A stretch of 64,000 bases of DNA from contig NC_043003.1 in the NCBI RefSeq assembly GCF_006345805.1, positions 116,250,001 to 116,314,000 of the forward strand, in the 5' to 3' direction. Position 1 is the first letter of the stretch. The number at the start of each line of letters is the position of its first letter. Below, piece by piece: positions 26,389 to 41,980 of this stretch. The position numbers were made by a program, and so were the translations under genes. The notes below the pieces were generated by a model, which saw nothing but the letters and a program-made list of their open reading frames with translations, ran no database searches and was not told the DNA's origin. The DNA is from Octopus sinensis (lineage: Eukaryota).

Positions 26389-27104
26389 TATAATAATATC
26401 ATATATTGATAATAATATCTTAATAATATCTTAACATTCGTAAAACTATAATACATCTGTGAACATCAGCTTATTCGGGTTCGCAGCTTTTAGCTCGACT
26501 CATTATCTGTATTACAACCGATCAAGATAGACTGGAGTTGAACACCAAGAACAAGAACAAGAACTTGAATTGAAACTAGTTTGTTGTTCAGGGGAAAGTA
26601 GAGAGTTACTTAAAAATATTAACTTTTGATAACACGACACATGGAATTTTAAAAGTGAAATATTCCACACTCTGTTTTCTTTTTTGATGCTCTTTTCTCA
26701 AATGCCGAGTAATTTCGGACAAGGCGGTGATCTAATAAGCGACATATTCACACATATTTTTAGTTTTCATTTTCTTGTCACAGTGAAACGGCTCCAGTTA
26801 GTTTCCCCTCGTGTTTGACATCGCGGACGGGGGTTGCAAAAACTTCGTGCACAACTGAGCGTAAGTAGTCAATATGGGAGTTTGAAGCTTTTGGACTTAA
26901 TGGATATAATGAGATCAGTCATTAATTATTTCTAGCGCGTCCAAATTAAAGTAAACACCAATCATATTACCTCCGTCTGCCTTCTACAATGTGTGATTAA
27001 CATTTTAGCGAATTCTCACACGTCCAGTTTAAGCTGATCTCGAAATTGGCAGTATAATGAAAACGTGCGTGGATGGTGGATGCAGCTGAAGTAGTAGTAG
27101 TAGT

Positions 27105-27147
<43 letters not shown>

Positions 27148-27176
27148 CGGCGGTGGTGGTGGTGGTGGTGGTGGTG

Positions 27177-27219
<43 letters not shown>

Positions 27220-27318
27220 CAGCAGCAGCAGCAGCAGTAGTGTCAGTTGCAATGCTAGGTAGTAGGTCGCATCATTAAAAAGGGTAATGATAATAGTTCA
27301 GTAGAGGGCATGATTATG

Positions 27319-27367
<49 letters not shown>

Positions 27368-27459
27368 GTGCAGTGGTTCCTATTGGCGTTATTGCTATTA
27401 ATACCAATAATAATAGTAGGTATAGTAATAGCTGCAGGAGGAGCAACAGTAGCATTCGC

Positions 27460-27521
<62 letters not shown>

Positions 27522-28045
27522 CAGCAGCAGCAGTTAACGAGGAGAGTGGCTGGACGTTTTGATGACAGCAGTGTTGGATAGGTTTGTATTGATTGGAATT
27601 TGCCGTTCAGTCAACTGGATAAGACAGCAGCATATTGGCCAAATGAATCTCCATCTGTCTCAAGAACTATGAAATATTAATGCGATGGCCAGTTCTTCTA
27701 CAAGAGCAGTTTATTTTATTATACAAGAGCAATTCAGACATTTAGTGTTAACAATTCTATAATGTGATGGAGAGTCGTAAGATGACGTTATTTTACAGAA
27801 GCATGCAATTATATATGTGCGCATGGAAATTATATGCGTATAAATAGATGTGTGTATGTATATATGTGTGTGTATGCACTTATTCGTTTACATATATATA
27901 TGCATATATATATGTATGTTTGGGTGTGTGTATAATTACGAGCGAGCAAACGAAACAAAATGGCATTCAAAACATTCGTTTGGCGTTCCATGTATTTAAT
28001 AACAATTTGACTTTTGTGTGAGTACACGCACGCTCACAAATATAA

Positions 28046-28112
<67 letters not shown>

Positions 28113-28339
28113 TGTGTGTGTGTGTCTTTTATCTTTCACTGTTTAAGTCATTGGGCTATAGACATGCTAGGGAACTGCCTTGAAGAATTTTTGCCCAGCA
28201 AATCGTTCCTATTACTTTTTTGAAGCCTAGTACTTATTTTATCGGTTTTTACCGAAATACCTGTTGTAAACTGTTATAGAAACACGGACATAAACACACA
28301 TCTATGCATCCATTTCTCTCTCTCTTTATTTTCTCCTAT

Positions 28340-29690
28340 GGGATGAAAATTTCATTCGATCAGGAAATATACTCAGAGCGTATAAACCATTGCCTAAGCA
28401 ACCAGCATCAAATATATTAAGGAGAAACAGGAGCAAAGCCCACTGCATGGACTCTGATATAGGCCAAGCCCTTTACTCAGCAATGGCTCTCATGCTTTAG
28501 TCTCGAACCAGAATCAGAGGGGTTTATTATTGTTGCTACGCAGCTAGGAATTCCAGAGTTCTGTCCTGAAACATGAAAGTATCTCGCCTTGTCGCATATG
28601 CGGAGAACACCCAGAAACAATCGCCCACATAATCTCCGGATGCATCAGACTGGCACCAACCGAGTACTTGCGACGGTGTGGCTGGGAGGTTCAATGCAGA
28701 CACTGATCAATCCACTGCAAATACAACCTTCCTCGGAAAAACAATTGGTAGGAACACAAGCCACTACACATTTCCCAGAATGCCGAATTTACTAGCCTTT
28801 GGAATTATAGTTTTCAGACAGATTGGGAAATACAAGTACACCGACCTAATCTCATTGTGAAGAATCATATTGAAAATGAAAAATTTTGTCTTCTGGTTGT
28901 ATTTAAGATAGGTTTTTTTTTATAGATATTATGTTAAAAAGAGTGTTTGCTTCATAGTAAAGTTGCGGAGATGCTGTGTATACGTTCAAATCGGAACCTC
29001 GAACATTCTGTAAAAGACGAGTTCGTATTATATTGCCTCAGTCTTTAGAGCTGAGCGAAAGGAATGAGATTCCAGATTAATCTGATTCATTATTAGCTCA
29101 TAATTCACCAATCATATAGTCGTTCATGGATATTAGACCCAAAATTTTGATCTAACAACATGGTGTATTTGATCGCTCTTGTTTTAATATTTATACCAAA
29201 CACACTTCATCCACGAACGTGTTGACACGCGCCACGGCTATACGGGACTCGACGATATACCTTCAGTTTTAGCTATTTAAATAAAAAAAAACCTCAGCTC
29301 ATATACAGGAAAGTGAGTACTGAAATGCAATCACAATAGTATATTGCAGACCCAATTGGCAAAATCATCTCTGAAGATCTTTCTAAATTTGAGTAAATAT
29401 AAGGAAATTGGTATTGAAATCGGGAGAATGTGGCATCTCAAGTCAACAATATCACCTGTTATTAATTGGGCTCTTGGAATGATATCAAGATCAAACAAGT
29501 ATGTAGAACAAATGCCTTGCAGCCCCCAAAAGAGCGAATTAAGAAATATCATATTTATGGGTTCCTCATATATTTTATGTGAATCCCTCTCCATGCAAAT
29601 GCAGCCTTGATCACGCTGTGTTTCTTACATCTCCCACAGACATCAGTGTTTTCAACTACATGACATCTCAACACTTGGCATCTTCATATG
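28340..29690 (+). mobile_element. Old degenerate R4/Dong-like LINE 3' region, interrupted by 28923-29346
   Basis: Remnants PLHG, ESEGFII and LSKYKEIGIEIGRMWHLK..PV..ALGMI parallel the younger copy at 29862-30838. Confidence 0.7.
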
Positions 29691-29765
29691 CAAAACCTTG
29701 TTGTCCTTTGTCGTTTCTGTTTGAGACTTGGGTGCAACTTGTATAGATTAAAGCAAAACCAAAAC

Positions 29766-29861
<96 letters not shown>

Positions 29862-29862
<1 letters not shown>

Positions 29863-30835
29863 TACCACCTAATAAACACAAAGAAGAAGAAGAAGATGAT
29901 GAAGAAACAACAAAAGCTATAAAACAAATGAAATCCAAACTAAAAATAGAACAGCAACGAACCATGATAAAACGATGGCAAGAAAAGCCCCTTCATGGTA
30001 AATACTGGACTAAACTAAACGCAAAAGAAATAGACAAAGAAAAATCCTAGCAATGGTTGAGAAGCTCAGGACTCAAAGCAGAGACAGAGGGATTTTTAAT
30101 TGCAGCACAAGACCAAAGCCTCCCCACCAGAAATTACCAAAAACATGTAATGAAAAGAAATATTACAAGTAACTGCAGATATGTGGAGATGGACAAGAAA
30201 CAATAAATCATATTATCTCTAGCTGCCCAGTCCTGGCTAAGAAGGAATATATTCACAGACATGACAGAGTTGGAACCTACATACATTGGAAGCTATGCCA
30301 ACATAATGGAATAACAACAGAAAAAAGATGGTATAGGCACACACCAGAAAAGGTCACAGAAAACGAGAAAGCAACCATACTCTGGGATATGCCGATACAC
30401 ACAGATAGAGAAATTAAGGCCAACAGACCAGATATAGTTGTCAGAGATCATGAAGAAAAAAAATGCTTTCTTATTGATGTATCAATACCGGCAGATGACA
30501 ACGTGTCTCTAAAAGAAATGGAGAAACTCTCAAAATACAAAGACCTGGAAATAGAGGTAACTAGAATGTGGAACCTGAAAACAGAAACAATTCCTATCAT
30601 AGTAGGTGCATTAGGCATGATAAAAAAATATTCAGACAAATACATAACAAAACACCAGGACTTACAAACACATATAACATACAGAAAATTGCACTACTAG
30701 GCACTGCACACATCCTACGCAGAACACTTTCCATACAATAACCATCAGAGCATCACAACAAATCACAGCACATACCCAAGGCACACAGAGCTGCGCTCGG
30801 TAGTGAAGTGAAAACACGCTATAAAAATAAAACTA

Positions 30836-30838
<3 letters not shown>
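29862..30838 (+). mobile_element. R4/Dong-clade non-LTR retrotransposon, 5'-truncated (CCHC finger plus restriction-like endonuclease, RLE)
   Basis: WQEKPLHGKY, ETEGFLIAAQDQSL.TRNY, CR.CG...ETINHIISSC, RHDRV, NRPDIVV, LIDVSIP, KLSKYKDL and LLGTAHILRRTL; stop at 30048 and frameshifts; (TAA)n on both sides. Confidence 0.93.
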
Positions 30839-30909
<71 letters not shown>

Positions 30910-31357
30910 GTGTTACCATGTACATTGTTTTGTCTTGGTATAAAAGATGGGCTACAGCAAATATTCTGCCCAATGCAACAGATTTGCTTGTCAGTTGTTT
31001 GATCTTAACCAGTTGAACATGTTCCTTAGTGGCTGACGATATGTGCATCTCTGATCACGAGCAGAATTTGTGGGGGAGCATCATAGCCATGTGTTGAGAG
31101 GGATACTTTGGGGTTTTAATAATTCACCTCTGGAAACATGGCTGTTTCGTTCAGCATTCTTAAATAATCCTTATTCAGGGACCTTTTGAGCGGAAAGGGC
31201 TACTCGACCGGAAGAAAATTCTAACTAGGCTCCAACTGCAAAATCATGCACTGTTTATCTTGATATGAGATCCCTGTCGTACACATATGGTTGTAATGCA
31301 TGTGCCTAGTGTACTCTTATCAGACGGGTAATCACGATGGGTATACTGGGCTTCGTA

Positions 31358-31530
31358 CGAAAAAAGCAAAAGACGAAGACAGGTAGTGTACAAAACAAAC
31401 AGATGTATTAGTATAACGCTCAGGAATAGAAAAAGTATTTTACGTTTCGAGTCTACGCTCTTCTACTGAAAGGAACACAGAAAAAAAGGGGAGAAACAAG
31501 GAAAGAAAAAATGTGTGTAGTGGCTAACGA
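31358..31530 (-). mobile_element. Solo PLE 3'-end fragment with degenerate hammerhead (~31436-31472)
   Basis: Similar to 19105-19285; core reads CAGTAGA-A-GAGCGTAGACTC-GAAACGTA. Confidence 0.75.
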
Positions 31531-32127
31531 TCTATCTATCTATCTATCTATCTATATATATATATATACATATATATACATATATATACACGTATGTATA
31601 TTCATATATATATATATGTATTTATATATATATATATATATACGCATACATATGTATATATATATAAGTATACGTTTGTATATATATATGTATATATATA
31701 TATATATATATTTGCATACATGGGTACATAGTGTATGCACATGCACGCAATATAAGAAGAACTACGAGATAGAAGGGTAGAAAGAAGCTCCAAAAAATTA
31801 TTTTATTTTATTAGAGAAGTTGCCTGAAAAACTTCAATGTAAAATGATGATGTCTTTATCAACTTGAAGCTTTCTATATCAATAATGTGTACGGCAAAGA
31901 CAATTCAAGTATAGATACCTCTCTCCCTCTCTCGCTCTCACCCTCTCTCTCTTCCTACCTCTCTCCTTCCCTCTGTTTACTTCTGTCTGCCTCTGTCTCT
32001 CTTCTTTTTCTTCTCTTTGTGTGTGAGTGTGTGCGTGACGGTGTGTGCGTGACGGTGTGTGTATGTATATATATATGTATATATTGATAAAATACAAATT
32101 AATGAAAAGTAGTCGTTATAGTAGTCA

Positions 32128-32192
<65 letters not shown>

Positions 32193-33762
32193 GTAGTAGT
32201 AGTGGTGGTGGTGGTGGTGGTGGTGGTGGTGGTGGTGGTGGTAATAATTGCTGTGCGTCTGCTTGTGTTGTCGTTGTAGTTGTTGTAATGGTGATTAAGA
32301 CGGAATATATTTCCGTTGTGTTTTTGATGTTACTCCCAATATGTACCATTAACAGCATAATTTTCTTTATTTTGGTTTTTGCACATTTTACTTTCCTCAG
32401 TTTCCATCGGGCAATACGAATATACGCACGCACACACACACGCACATACACACACACACACACACACGCAAACACACAAACACATGCATTATCTCGCAGA
32501 GCGAGGAAGGGAGATGCAAACCTTTTTCTCAACGATGCTTCCTCCTTCTTATGGCACCAATGCTTGCACTTTTTCCCGCTCGTTTTCTCTGAACGAAAAA
32601 TAAGTTACACATCAGCATATTTGGCGGGCCTCACTTAATATCTCTCAGCAATTATTGTCAAAAACAAAATAAAACCTTATATTTGCATTTTTATATATGA
32701 AATTTACGAAAATATTTATATATTTATACATATTTACAATTTCTTTACCATTTTCATCTTCTTTTCCTTCCTTTTTCTTCCTCATCTTCTTCTTCTCCAT
32801 CTTATATTATTTTAAGTAGAAGAAGTAGTATTAATATATTATAGCACCATGATGATGATCATCATCATCATCACTACCCTTATCATCATTATCAATACCA
32901 ACATCGCCACTTTCATGTTATTATTTTCACTATATTTCCTATTTTCGGAGACGTTCTATTTTCTACCTACATCTAATTGGACTGATGTTGTCAGGAAAGT
33001 TCAGCCCTATTTTAAAATAACCTAAGATAAATTGCTTCTATTTTGCAAATTCTTCCGTGTTCAGAAAAATCTTGCACGAAGCAGTCAACATTAAACAAAA
33101 CATATAAGCAATGCGAAAACTGCAAACTAAAACCAAAAGCAAAAAGAAAATTCTTTAAAGTAAAACACATTTCCGAAAGATATATTACCTTTCATTATAA
33201 CAGGGGAACTTGATGTTACGTCTATAGAATATATATTTTAAATATAACATTTCATAGTACCAAAACACCGACATATATGCGTGTATAGCTCGATACATAT
33301 AAGTAGGCAGGTGCACAGAGAAACAGGTACGCATTCACACACAAACATATATACATATATGTAAGTGTCTGTACATATGTATATATATATATATGTGTGT
33401 GTGCAGACTCACACACTTACATATGTGTATATATATTTGCGTATGAATATATATATATATATATATATATATGGATTTGTACGTGCTTTTGCTCATATCA
33501 ATGTAAGTGCGAGTGTGTACATAGATTTGTGTGTCTGTGTCTGTGTGTGTAGAGAGACAGATAGATATAAAGATGTATGTATCCATGTATGTATGTATAC
33601 AGAAATTCATAAATAGATGTATGTGGATAACAATTCCGAAGCTGGTTATCCATCTTAATTAGCTCATATACACACACAAACACGCATGCACACACGTGTA
33701 CGAACACAGTAGAGCATACACACACACACAAACACACAAACACATGCACACACACACACACA

Positions 33763-33820
<58 letters not shown>

Positions 33821-34455
33821 AACATCCGTGCAACATCACACATATTCATCTATTTCTGTCAGTGGCGATGTATGTGCGCGGTTCTGTGACTATATTTTGA
33901 TAAATCTTTGCGTGCAGGTCTGTGCGCATATGTGTTTGTATACTCACATACGCACAAAACGCACACAAACACACACGTGTGGTGTATGTATATATATATA
34001 CATATATATATATACATATATATATATACAAATCTGTTAATTCTTTTTTGTATCATTTTACTGTGTGTTTAGCAAACTGCTTCGTGGTGACCCTGCGTTA
34101 TATTTGTGAGATATTATCTGCCATTCTGCCATACTGAACAAACACACGGGTTGTAGTTCACGTATGTTTAATTCGTTTATATAATAGTCTTTGTCGCAAA
34201 TTTGCTCTTCTTTGAATGGCTACGCGTAACTCGGAGGACTCGTTGAGAAAGCAATTTGAAGATGTGAAGACATCAGCAACAAAGGGAATTGAGGAAAAAT
34301 ATCACCAAACTGCATCGCGTTCGAATTTATTTGTCTTGCGTGATGGATGTAGACCACAGCATTCCAAATCCATATGTGATTGGGAATACACTTACACACA
34401 CACACGTACATATACACACATACACACACACACATACATACATGCATACATACAT

Positions 34456-34568
<113 letters not shown>

Positions 34569-34578
34569 TGCAGGTGGA

Positions 34579-34878
34579 GGCGCAATGGCCCAGTGGTTAT
34601 GGCAGCAGACTCGCGGTTGTAGGATCGCGGTTTCGATTCCCAGACCGGGCGTTGTGAGTATTTATTGAGCGAAAACACCTAAAAGCTCCACGATGCTCCG
34701 GCAGGGGGTGGTGGCGATCCCTGCTGAACTCTTTCGCCTCAACTTTCTCTCACTCTTTCTTCTGTTGGTCTGCTCGCTTAGCCAGCGGGGTGGCGTCATT
34801 TGAAGGCTAAAACAATGCAAAGCGCATTGGGACCAGCGATGTGTAGCAACATCTGATAGCCTGGTCGGTCACGGTGAT
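34579..34878 (+). mobile_element. tRNA-derived SINE, family C (tail type 2)
   Basis: GGCGCAATGGCCCAGTGG head with GGTTTCGATTCC B box; tail shared with 50497-50808. Confidence 0.85.
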
Positions 34879-35391
34879 TATGTTGATATGTATGCATGTA
34901 TGTATGTACGTGCTTATAGACGGAATGATGATGGAAAGCTGTAGAGATGCACATTCTCAAAATTGTGAGTGTGCACGTATTTATATGTGTGTGTGACTGT
35001 GTGTATGTGTATGTGTGCCTGTGTGTATGTAATAGCATTCTGTATATCTTACTGAACGTGGATATACAGAACCATATTCTAAAACAATTTTTTTTCAGTC
35101 GCGAAAAACAAATCTATTCCCCAGCGCGTCAGTCCTTGACCACAGCTTTTCTATATGAGTAGGGGCTAAACTTTTAAAATGCACTTGATGTTGGATACTT
35201 GCTGCCTATTTTGCGGTATACACAGAACTCTATGATCTATCAACTGCCTACTGGACACTTTTTTATTTTCAGTTCATACACACATTTCTAGGCCTTTTCG
35301 ATCTATAAATCTAAGCATGAACCTTTCTCAAGGTAAATACTGGCAGGCGATCCAATATAATTCCTCAGTGCCGGCAACGATAAATAGAATG

Positions 35392-35680
35392 CTTAGTTAG
35401 TTAGTTAATTCTTTGGCTCAAAAAGCAAAAAGCAAGGCCATGTAGAGGGACATGGAGTTATGTACAGGGTGGTGTTCATGTAAAGAGTTCAGGCCACTTG
35501 AGGTCAAGGGAGACTTTGAACAAAGCGGTCGTCGGCATCTTCACCATCTCGTCTGGCAGCTTGTTCCACGGATCCGCAACCCGGACGGAGATAGCTCCTC
35601 TCCTTCGATTGAGATGAAATCGTCGCAGATAGAGCTTTTCGGAATGACCCCGCAGCCGACGCTGAGGTGCTGGCCCTAAT
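35392..35680 (-). mobile_element. CR1-clade LINE 3' end
   Basis: RLRGHSEKLY...SVRVADPWNKLPDEMV...FKVSLD, followed by a 3' UTR and (TAAC)n tail. Confidence 0.85.
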
Positions 35681-35887
35681 ACATTACATTTATGCATGCT
35701 ATAGTCCTCCTCGTGTTACAACAGAGGTTGACAATATGTGCTAGTAGTTGGATAGTATTAAAAGAGGATAGATAGAGGATCGATTGGGAAAGGACTTTAA
35801 AGGCCGCTCAGTCTCTGTACATCCACTCCCATACACATACGAAGCTATGCACATATACACAGAATATGGAAGAAATAGGCAAAAGAA

Positions 35888-36610
35888 GCATACATACATA
35901 CGTACATACATACATACATACAAACATACATACATGCATACTTACATACATATATACATACATACATGCATACATGCATGCATACATACAAACATACATA
36001 CGTACATGCATGAATACATACATATATACATATATACATACATACATATATGCATACATACATGCAAGTATACTTACATATATTCATACATACATACATA
36101 CATACATATATACATATCTACACACATACATGCATACACACACATTTATTCATACATACATATATACTTACATACATATATGCATACATACACACATACA
36201 CATACATGCATGCATACATACACACACATATATACACACATACATGCATATACACACATTTATTCATACATGCATACATACATACTTGCATACATACATA
36301 CATACATACATACATACATACATTCATACATACATATATGCATTCATACATACATATATACATACATACATATATACACACATACATGCATACACACACA
36401 TTTATTCATACATACATACACATATGCTTACATACATAAATGCATACATACACACACATATATACATACACACATACACATACATGCATAAATACATACA
36501 TGCATACATACATAAATGCATATATACTTACATATATACATGCATACATACACACACATATATACATACACACATACACATACATACATACATACAAACA
36601 TACATGTACA
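35888..36610. repeat. (CATA)n-rich compound microsatellite with cryptic higher-order unit
   Basis: CACACATTTATTCATACAT recurs at ~36139, 36253 and 36395. Confidence 0.85.
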
Positions 36611-37147
36611 CTTGTTTACGTGTTACAATGCTGTTATGAATTTGGCAATTTTATGAAATTCAAGTTGATTTACTTTTGACAAGAGAACAATATTATCTCA
36701 TTGTAAGACGACATTAATTTTATGATTTGTTATAGAGACTAAACACTCATACTTTTTTCTGTTTGCTTCCGCTATTGTAAGTCGAGCACGTTAGGGTATG
36801 CTTTCAAAGGATTATTTCAAATATTTCGATAAAATGACTCACATATAAGATATAAATATATCGGCTCCCATGTTATATATTGACCAATAAACATTTCTAT
36901 TTATCACATGATAGTTTTCCTATATTCTTTTTCATTTCATCACGTCCGTTTCAGGCAACTAACTGATCGTTTGTAAAATAGCACCAGCAAAGTATACTGA
37001 TTTACACTGCGATGCACAGACTAATTTTAATTTTAGCTGTATACACAAATGCTATGTAATCTCTGTCCCGGCTTTGATTAGTGCTGACGCATTAAATCCT
37101 AGGTTTTTCAGATACTTGTGTAGCTCCCCGCCAAATATATACATATA

Positions 37148-37680
<533 letters not shown>

Positions 37681-38066
37681 AATATATACACTAATATATT
37701 CATATATGTGTATGTGTGCTTAGATGTGAGAGAGTGTGTATGTGTATTGATAAACGCTTACGAAAGTATAGAATGAGAAATAAATAGATATATAGATATC
37801 TCTTATTAATGGCGTGTTTCATTCGCTTGAATAATAGATTAAAAGAATGACGGGTGCACAAGCTGACATTGTGGGAGCTCTCTTATGACTCGGGTCACTT
37901 CTACCAAGCATCAGAAAATGGTTGATGGAATAGTTATGTGTCATCTGATTGATCTCATATAGTCTTTATTTGTTTGTTTACTTATCGAACCATTTGTTTG
38001 ATACGTAATCTGACTGGTCCTTACAATCTTTCTCCTGCAATACAAATATGTGTGTGCGTGTATGTA

Positions 38067-38102
<36 letters not shown>

Positions 38103-38229
38103 TGTATGTATGTATGTATGTATGTATGTATGTATGTATGTATACGTAAGCACACACCGAAACGCGTGCAAACACACATACACCCATTTTTTTTCATACA
38201 TACTCGTATGCATAAAGGAATATATAAAC

Positions 38230-38780
38230 GTTTCCCCGCCTACCTTCCCTCTAAAAACCACGATTATAACAATGCCCTGCACTTCTTCCATTCCATATCC
38301 GGTTCCTCCCATTATTTCTTTGACCTTATCGTCTCTCCTCATCATCCCACACTCACCTACTCCACTTTCTACATACCTACTGACTGCCACACCTACATTA
38401 AGTTATTCTTCTCTCATTCCACCCATCCCCAAACACAGCATCGATTATTCTCACTTCCTCCCGCTCTGTAACTAACATCGATGGACCAAATACGACACAT
38501 CAGCAGTCAATTGCCCGCCAGCATTTATCCATGCTGATCTTTATTATTCACCTTAGCACCTTAGCCCTCACGGCTCGCAACTGTATCCCGACACATCACA
38601 TCTTTCGGTACACCTGTCACACAGCTACCAGGCTCCTACAAGGTCGCATTTTCAGTCTAATAAAATCTTATCCTCTCTCCTCAAATTTCCACCTTCTCTT
38701 GCATGCAATCTTTACATTTCTTGTCCTCAGGAAGTACATCGTCCTCTCCCTGTTCCCTTCAATGCTTCCCCGTCCGGTGT
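38230..38780 (+). mobile_element. Ancient Penelope-like RT/thumb remnant
   Basis: FFDLIVSPHHPTLTYSTFYIPTDCHTYIKLFFSHSTHP aligns by eye with FLDISVSILHSTLTTSIHYKHTDSHSYLNFSSSHP of the PLE at ~20890-21000. Confidence 0.65.
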
Positions 38781-39535
38781 AACATTTATTCTTGGATTTC
38801 ATCGCGAACACTTAGCCGTCCATAATGTTATACATCTTCGTCAGACTCTCTCTTCCTCTCCCCTCCATCACACACACACACACACATACATGCAAGTACT
38901 CTCACACTCACACACACACACACACACAACTTAAAAGTCACCAACATATTTCCCCACATGTCATTACTCATACTTAGAACAGCAGCTTTCATTACACCTT
39001 TCGCCCAAAACTTTCACCCGTCACCTTTGATTGACCGCTACTCAATGTTTAACCTGTTAACATACACACACCTATTCTCATGCGGCAGATCTTTTGATGC
39101 TTCTCTCACTTTACCATAACCTATACATACATATATGTATATATACATGCCTTACCAATTTTATGGTTTTTATTTGTTCGTTTGTGCTGCGGCAGTGTCT
39201 TGTAGTGATTAGTTGTACAAACCTACTGCATCATTTATCTTCTACGTCTGTATATTTGTCTATGTTTGCGGTTATGTATAGACGTACACTCACAAACACA
39301 CACATATCCATACAAACACAGACAAACGCACAAACACACACATACACTTTATGTAAATGCGTATACCTATACAAATCGAAAGCAGTTGATTTTAAGCTAG
39401 TTGTGATTCGATCTTCGTCATTCAGGCAACACTTAAAGGATTATGTGCTGAATGTGTAATAAATTAATATCTAAACATTTGCCTCCTTATAAATATATAT
39501 GTATCCGTACATATATATGTATATATGTATATATA

Positions 39536-39609
<74 letters not shown>

Positions 39610-39628
39610 ACATATATATGTATATATG

Positions 39629-39685
<57 letters not shown>

Positions 39686-40633
39686 AGATATAGATATATA
39701 TACATATATATGCATGTATATATGTGTGTATGTATGTATGTGTATGTATGCATGTATGTATATATCTATGTATACATATATACATTGTATATATATATAT
39801 GTCTGTGTTTATGCTTTTTATGCTTCTATGTACAAAAATATATACGTATGCTAATATACGTATATACATAGACATAAACATACACACATATATATAGGTT
39901 CAAGTCTATATATTAATATACCTATCTACATATGTATATAGATATCTACATAGATACGTAGTCAAGCACAGACACGATATACGTATATACACATTCCTAG
40001 ATGGTCGTTATCATCGACGAGATGTTTGAATCGTTTGAATAATAGATTAAAGGAACGATAAATAATAAGCCTGACATTGTTTTATCATGTTTTATCGCGA
40101 TTCAATTTTATCAGGGATCAGAAAAATGGTTGATTGAATCGCTATATTTCATCTCATTGATCTCCTATAACAGATCTGATAGATTAATTATCAAATAGTT
40201 TACACAATTCCGTACCTTTGTGAGTTTCTCTCTTTCAATTTCCCCATCATTCTTGTGCCTCTCTGTGCGTCTCTTTGTGCCTCTGTATAAATATATCTCT
40301 ATACATACATATATATACGCGTGTGTATAATTTTAAAGTTTGTAAACCGAACGGGTATATTAACAATTTTGCTAAATTAGCCGCCGAGATGATGTTCAAT
40401 ATTGGCATCACATTCAGTCCGTTGCTTCAAATGGTAAATTCCTCTCCATGGTTGTGCTCAAAATCTGTTTCATCTTGTTTCTTTTCTGTTTTTTTATAAT
40501 TTTTTAATTAGCATTCCCCCTCCCCACAACACCCAAACATTCTTTCGTTATCTTCCACTTTCTCCATTGCTTTTGTCTTTCTTTCTGTCTACCTACAAAT
40601 CTACAGCTTATCGAGCTATTACCTACATCAGTA

Positions 40634-41004
40634 GACGTACAATGGCCCAGTGGTTAGGGCAGCGGAATTGCTGTCATAGGATCATGGGTTTCGATTCCCA
40701 GACCGGGCGTTGTAAGTGTTTATTGAGCGAAAACACCTAAATCTCCACGAGGCTCCGGCGGTGGTGTGGTGAAGCCTGCTGTATTCTTTCACCACTACTT
40801 TCTCTCACTCCTTCTTCCTGTTTCTACTGTATTTCAAAGCGCCAGCCTTGTCACACTATGTGTCCCGCTGAATCTCCCCAAGAACTACGTTAACGGTAGA
40901 TATGTCTGTGGAGTGCTCAGCCACTTGCACGTTAATTTCACGAGCAGGCTGTTCCGTTGATTCGGATCAACCGGAACCCTCATCGTCGTAACCGACGGAG
41001 TGCA
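40634..41004 (+). mobile_element. tRNA-derived SINE, family C (tail type 1)
   Basis: Shares head and tail with 15964-16327. Confidence 0.85.
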
Positions 41005-41016
41005 GCGATTGCATAA

Positions 41017-41053
<37 letters not shown>

Positions 41054-41565
41054 CACACCGTAAAAATATTTTCATTTACTAATCTTATTTTCTTTCTTAC
41101 TTTTTATTTTTGTATGTTACATAATATCAGGGTGGTTAAAATCGTATCGATTTTTACCCTCTTCAAATGACCTTAGATGAGATCCATATCAGACACTGCA
41201 TGCAGTAGAAATTAAATAAGGGTCTCGCAGCATTCTGCTGCTAGAAATCAAGCTTTCAGTGTCCTTGCATGCCATAAGTGGTTTAAACAGTTTCTCTTGG
41301 GAAATTTTTCTCTCGCGTATTTTGCTCGATTCCAACATCCAACTTCTGTAAATTTATAGCTGAGAAAAATTCAAAGCAAATTTCATGAGACTGAGAAACA
41401 CAGTTCCTCATCATCCTGTTTTTCAGCTTAAATCAATGAGTTGCCCTCTTTCATCATTAAAGGGTAGACTTGCTACCAAGCGTTTCCTCTGTTGAATCAT
41501 CACAACCGATATGTGAATTCTGAATAATCCTATTTAGCGGAAACAACAATGATTAGCAACTAATA

Positions 41566-41980
41566 GGCGCAGGAGTGGCTGTGTGGTAAGTAGCTTGCTA
41601 ACCAGCCACATGGTTCCGGGTTCAGTCCCACTGCGTGGCATCTTCGGCAGGTGTCTTCTGCTATAGCCCCGGGCCGACCAATGCCTTGTGAGTGGATTTG
41701 GTAGACGGAAACTGAAAGAAGCCTGTCGTATATATGTATATATATATGTATGGGTGTGTGTGTATATGTTTGTGTTTGTCCCCCTAGCATTGCTTGACAA
41801 CCAATGCTGGTGTGTTTACGTCCCTGTCACTTAGCGGTTCGGCAACAGAGACCGATAGAATAAGTACTGGGCTTACAAAGAATAAGTCCCGGGGTCGATT
41901 TGCTCGACTAAAGGCGGTGCTCCAGCATGGCCGCAGTCAAATGACTGAAACAAGTAAAAGAGTAAAAGAGTAAAAGAGTA
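41566..41980 (+). mobile_element. tRNA-derived SINE, family A
   Basis: Near-consensus copy with (GTAAAAGA)n tail. Confidence 0.93.

Noticed and set aside
30916-31357. Probable interspersed repeat of unknown class
   Set aside because: Single copy in this window, with no diagnostic termini or protein motif.
34216-34390. ORF start MATRNSEDSLRKQFEDVK...
   Set aside because: No recognisable domain, no clear splice donor, and it runs into a microsatellite.
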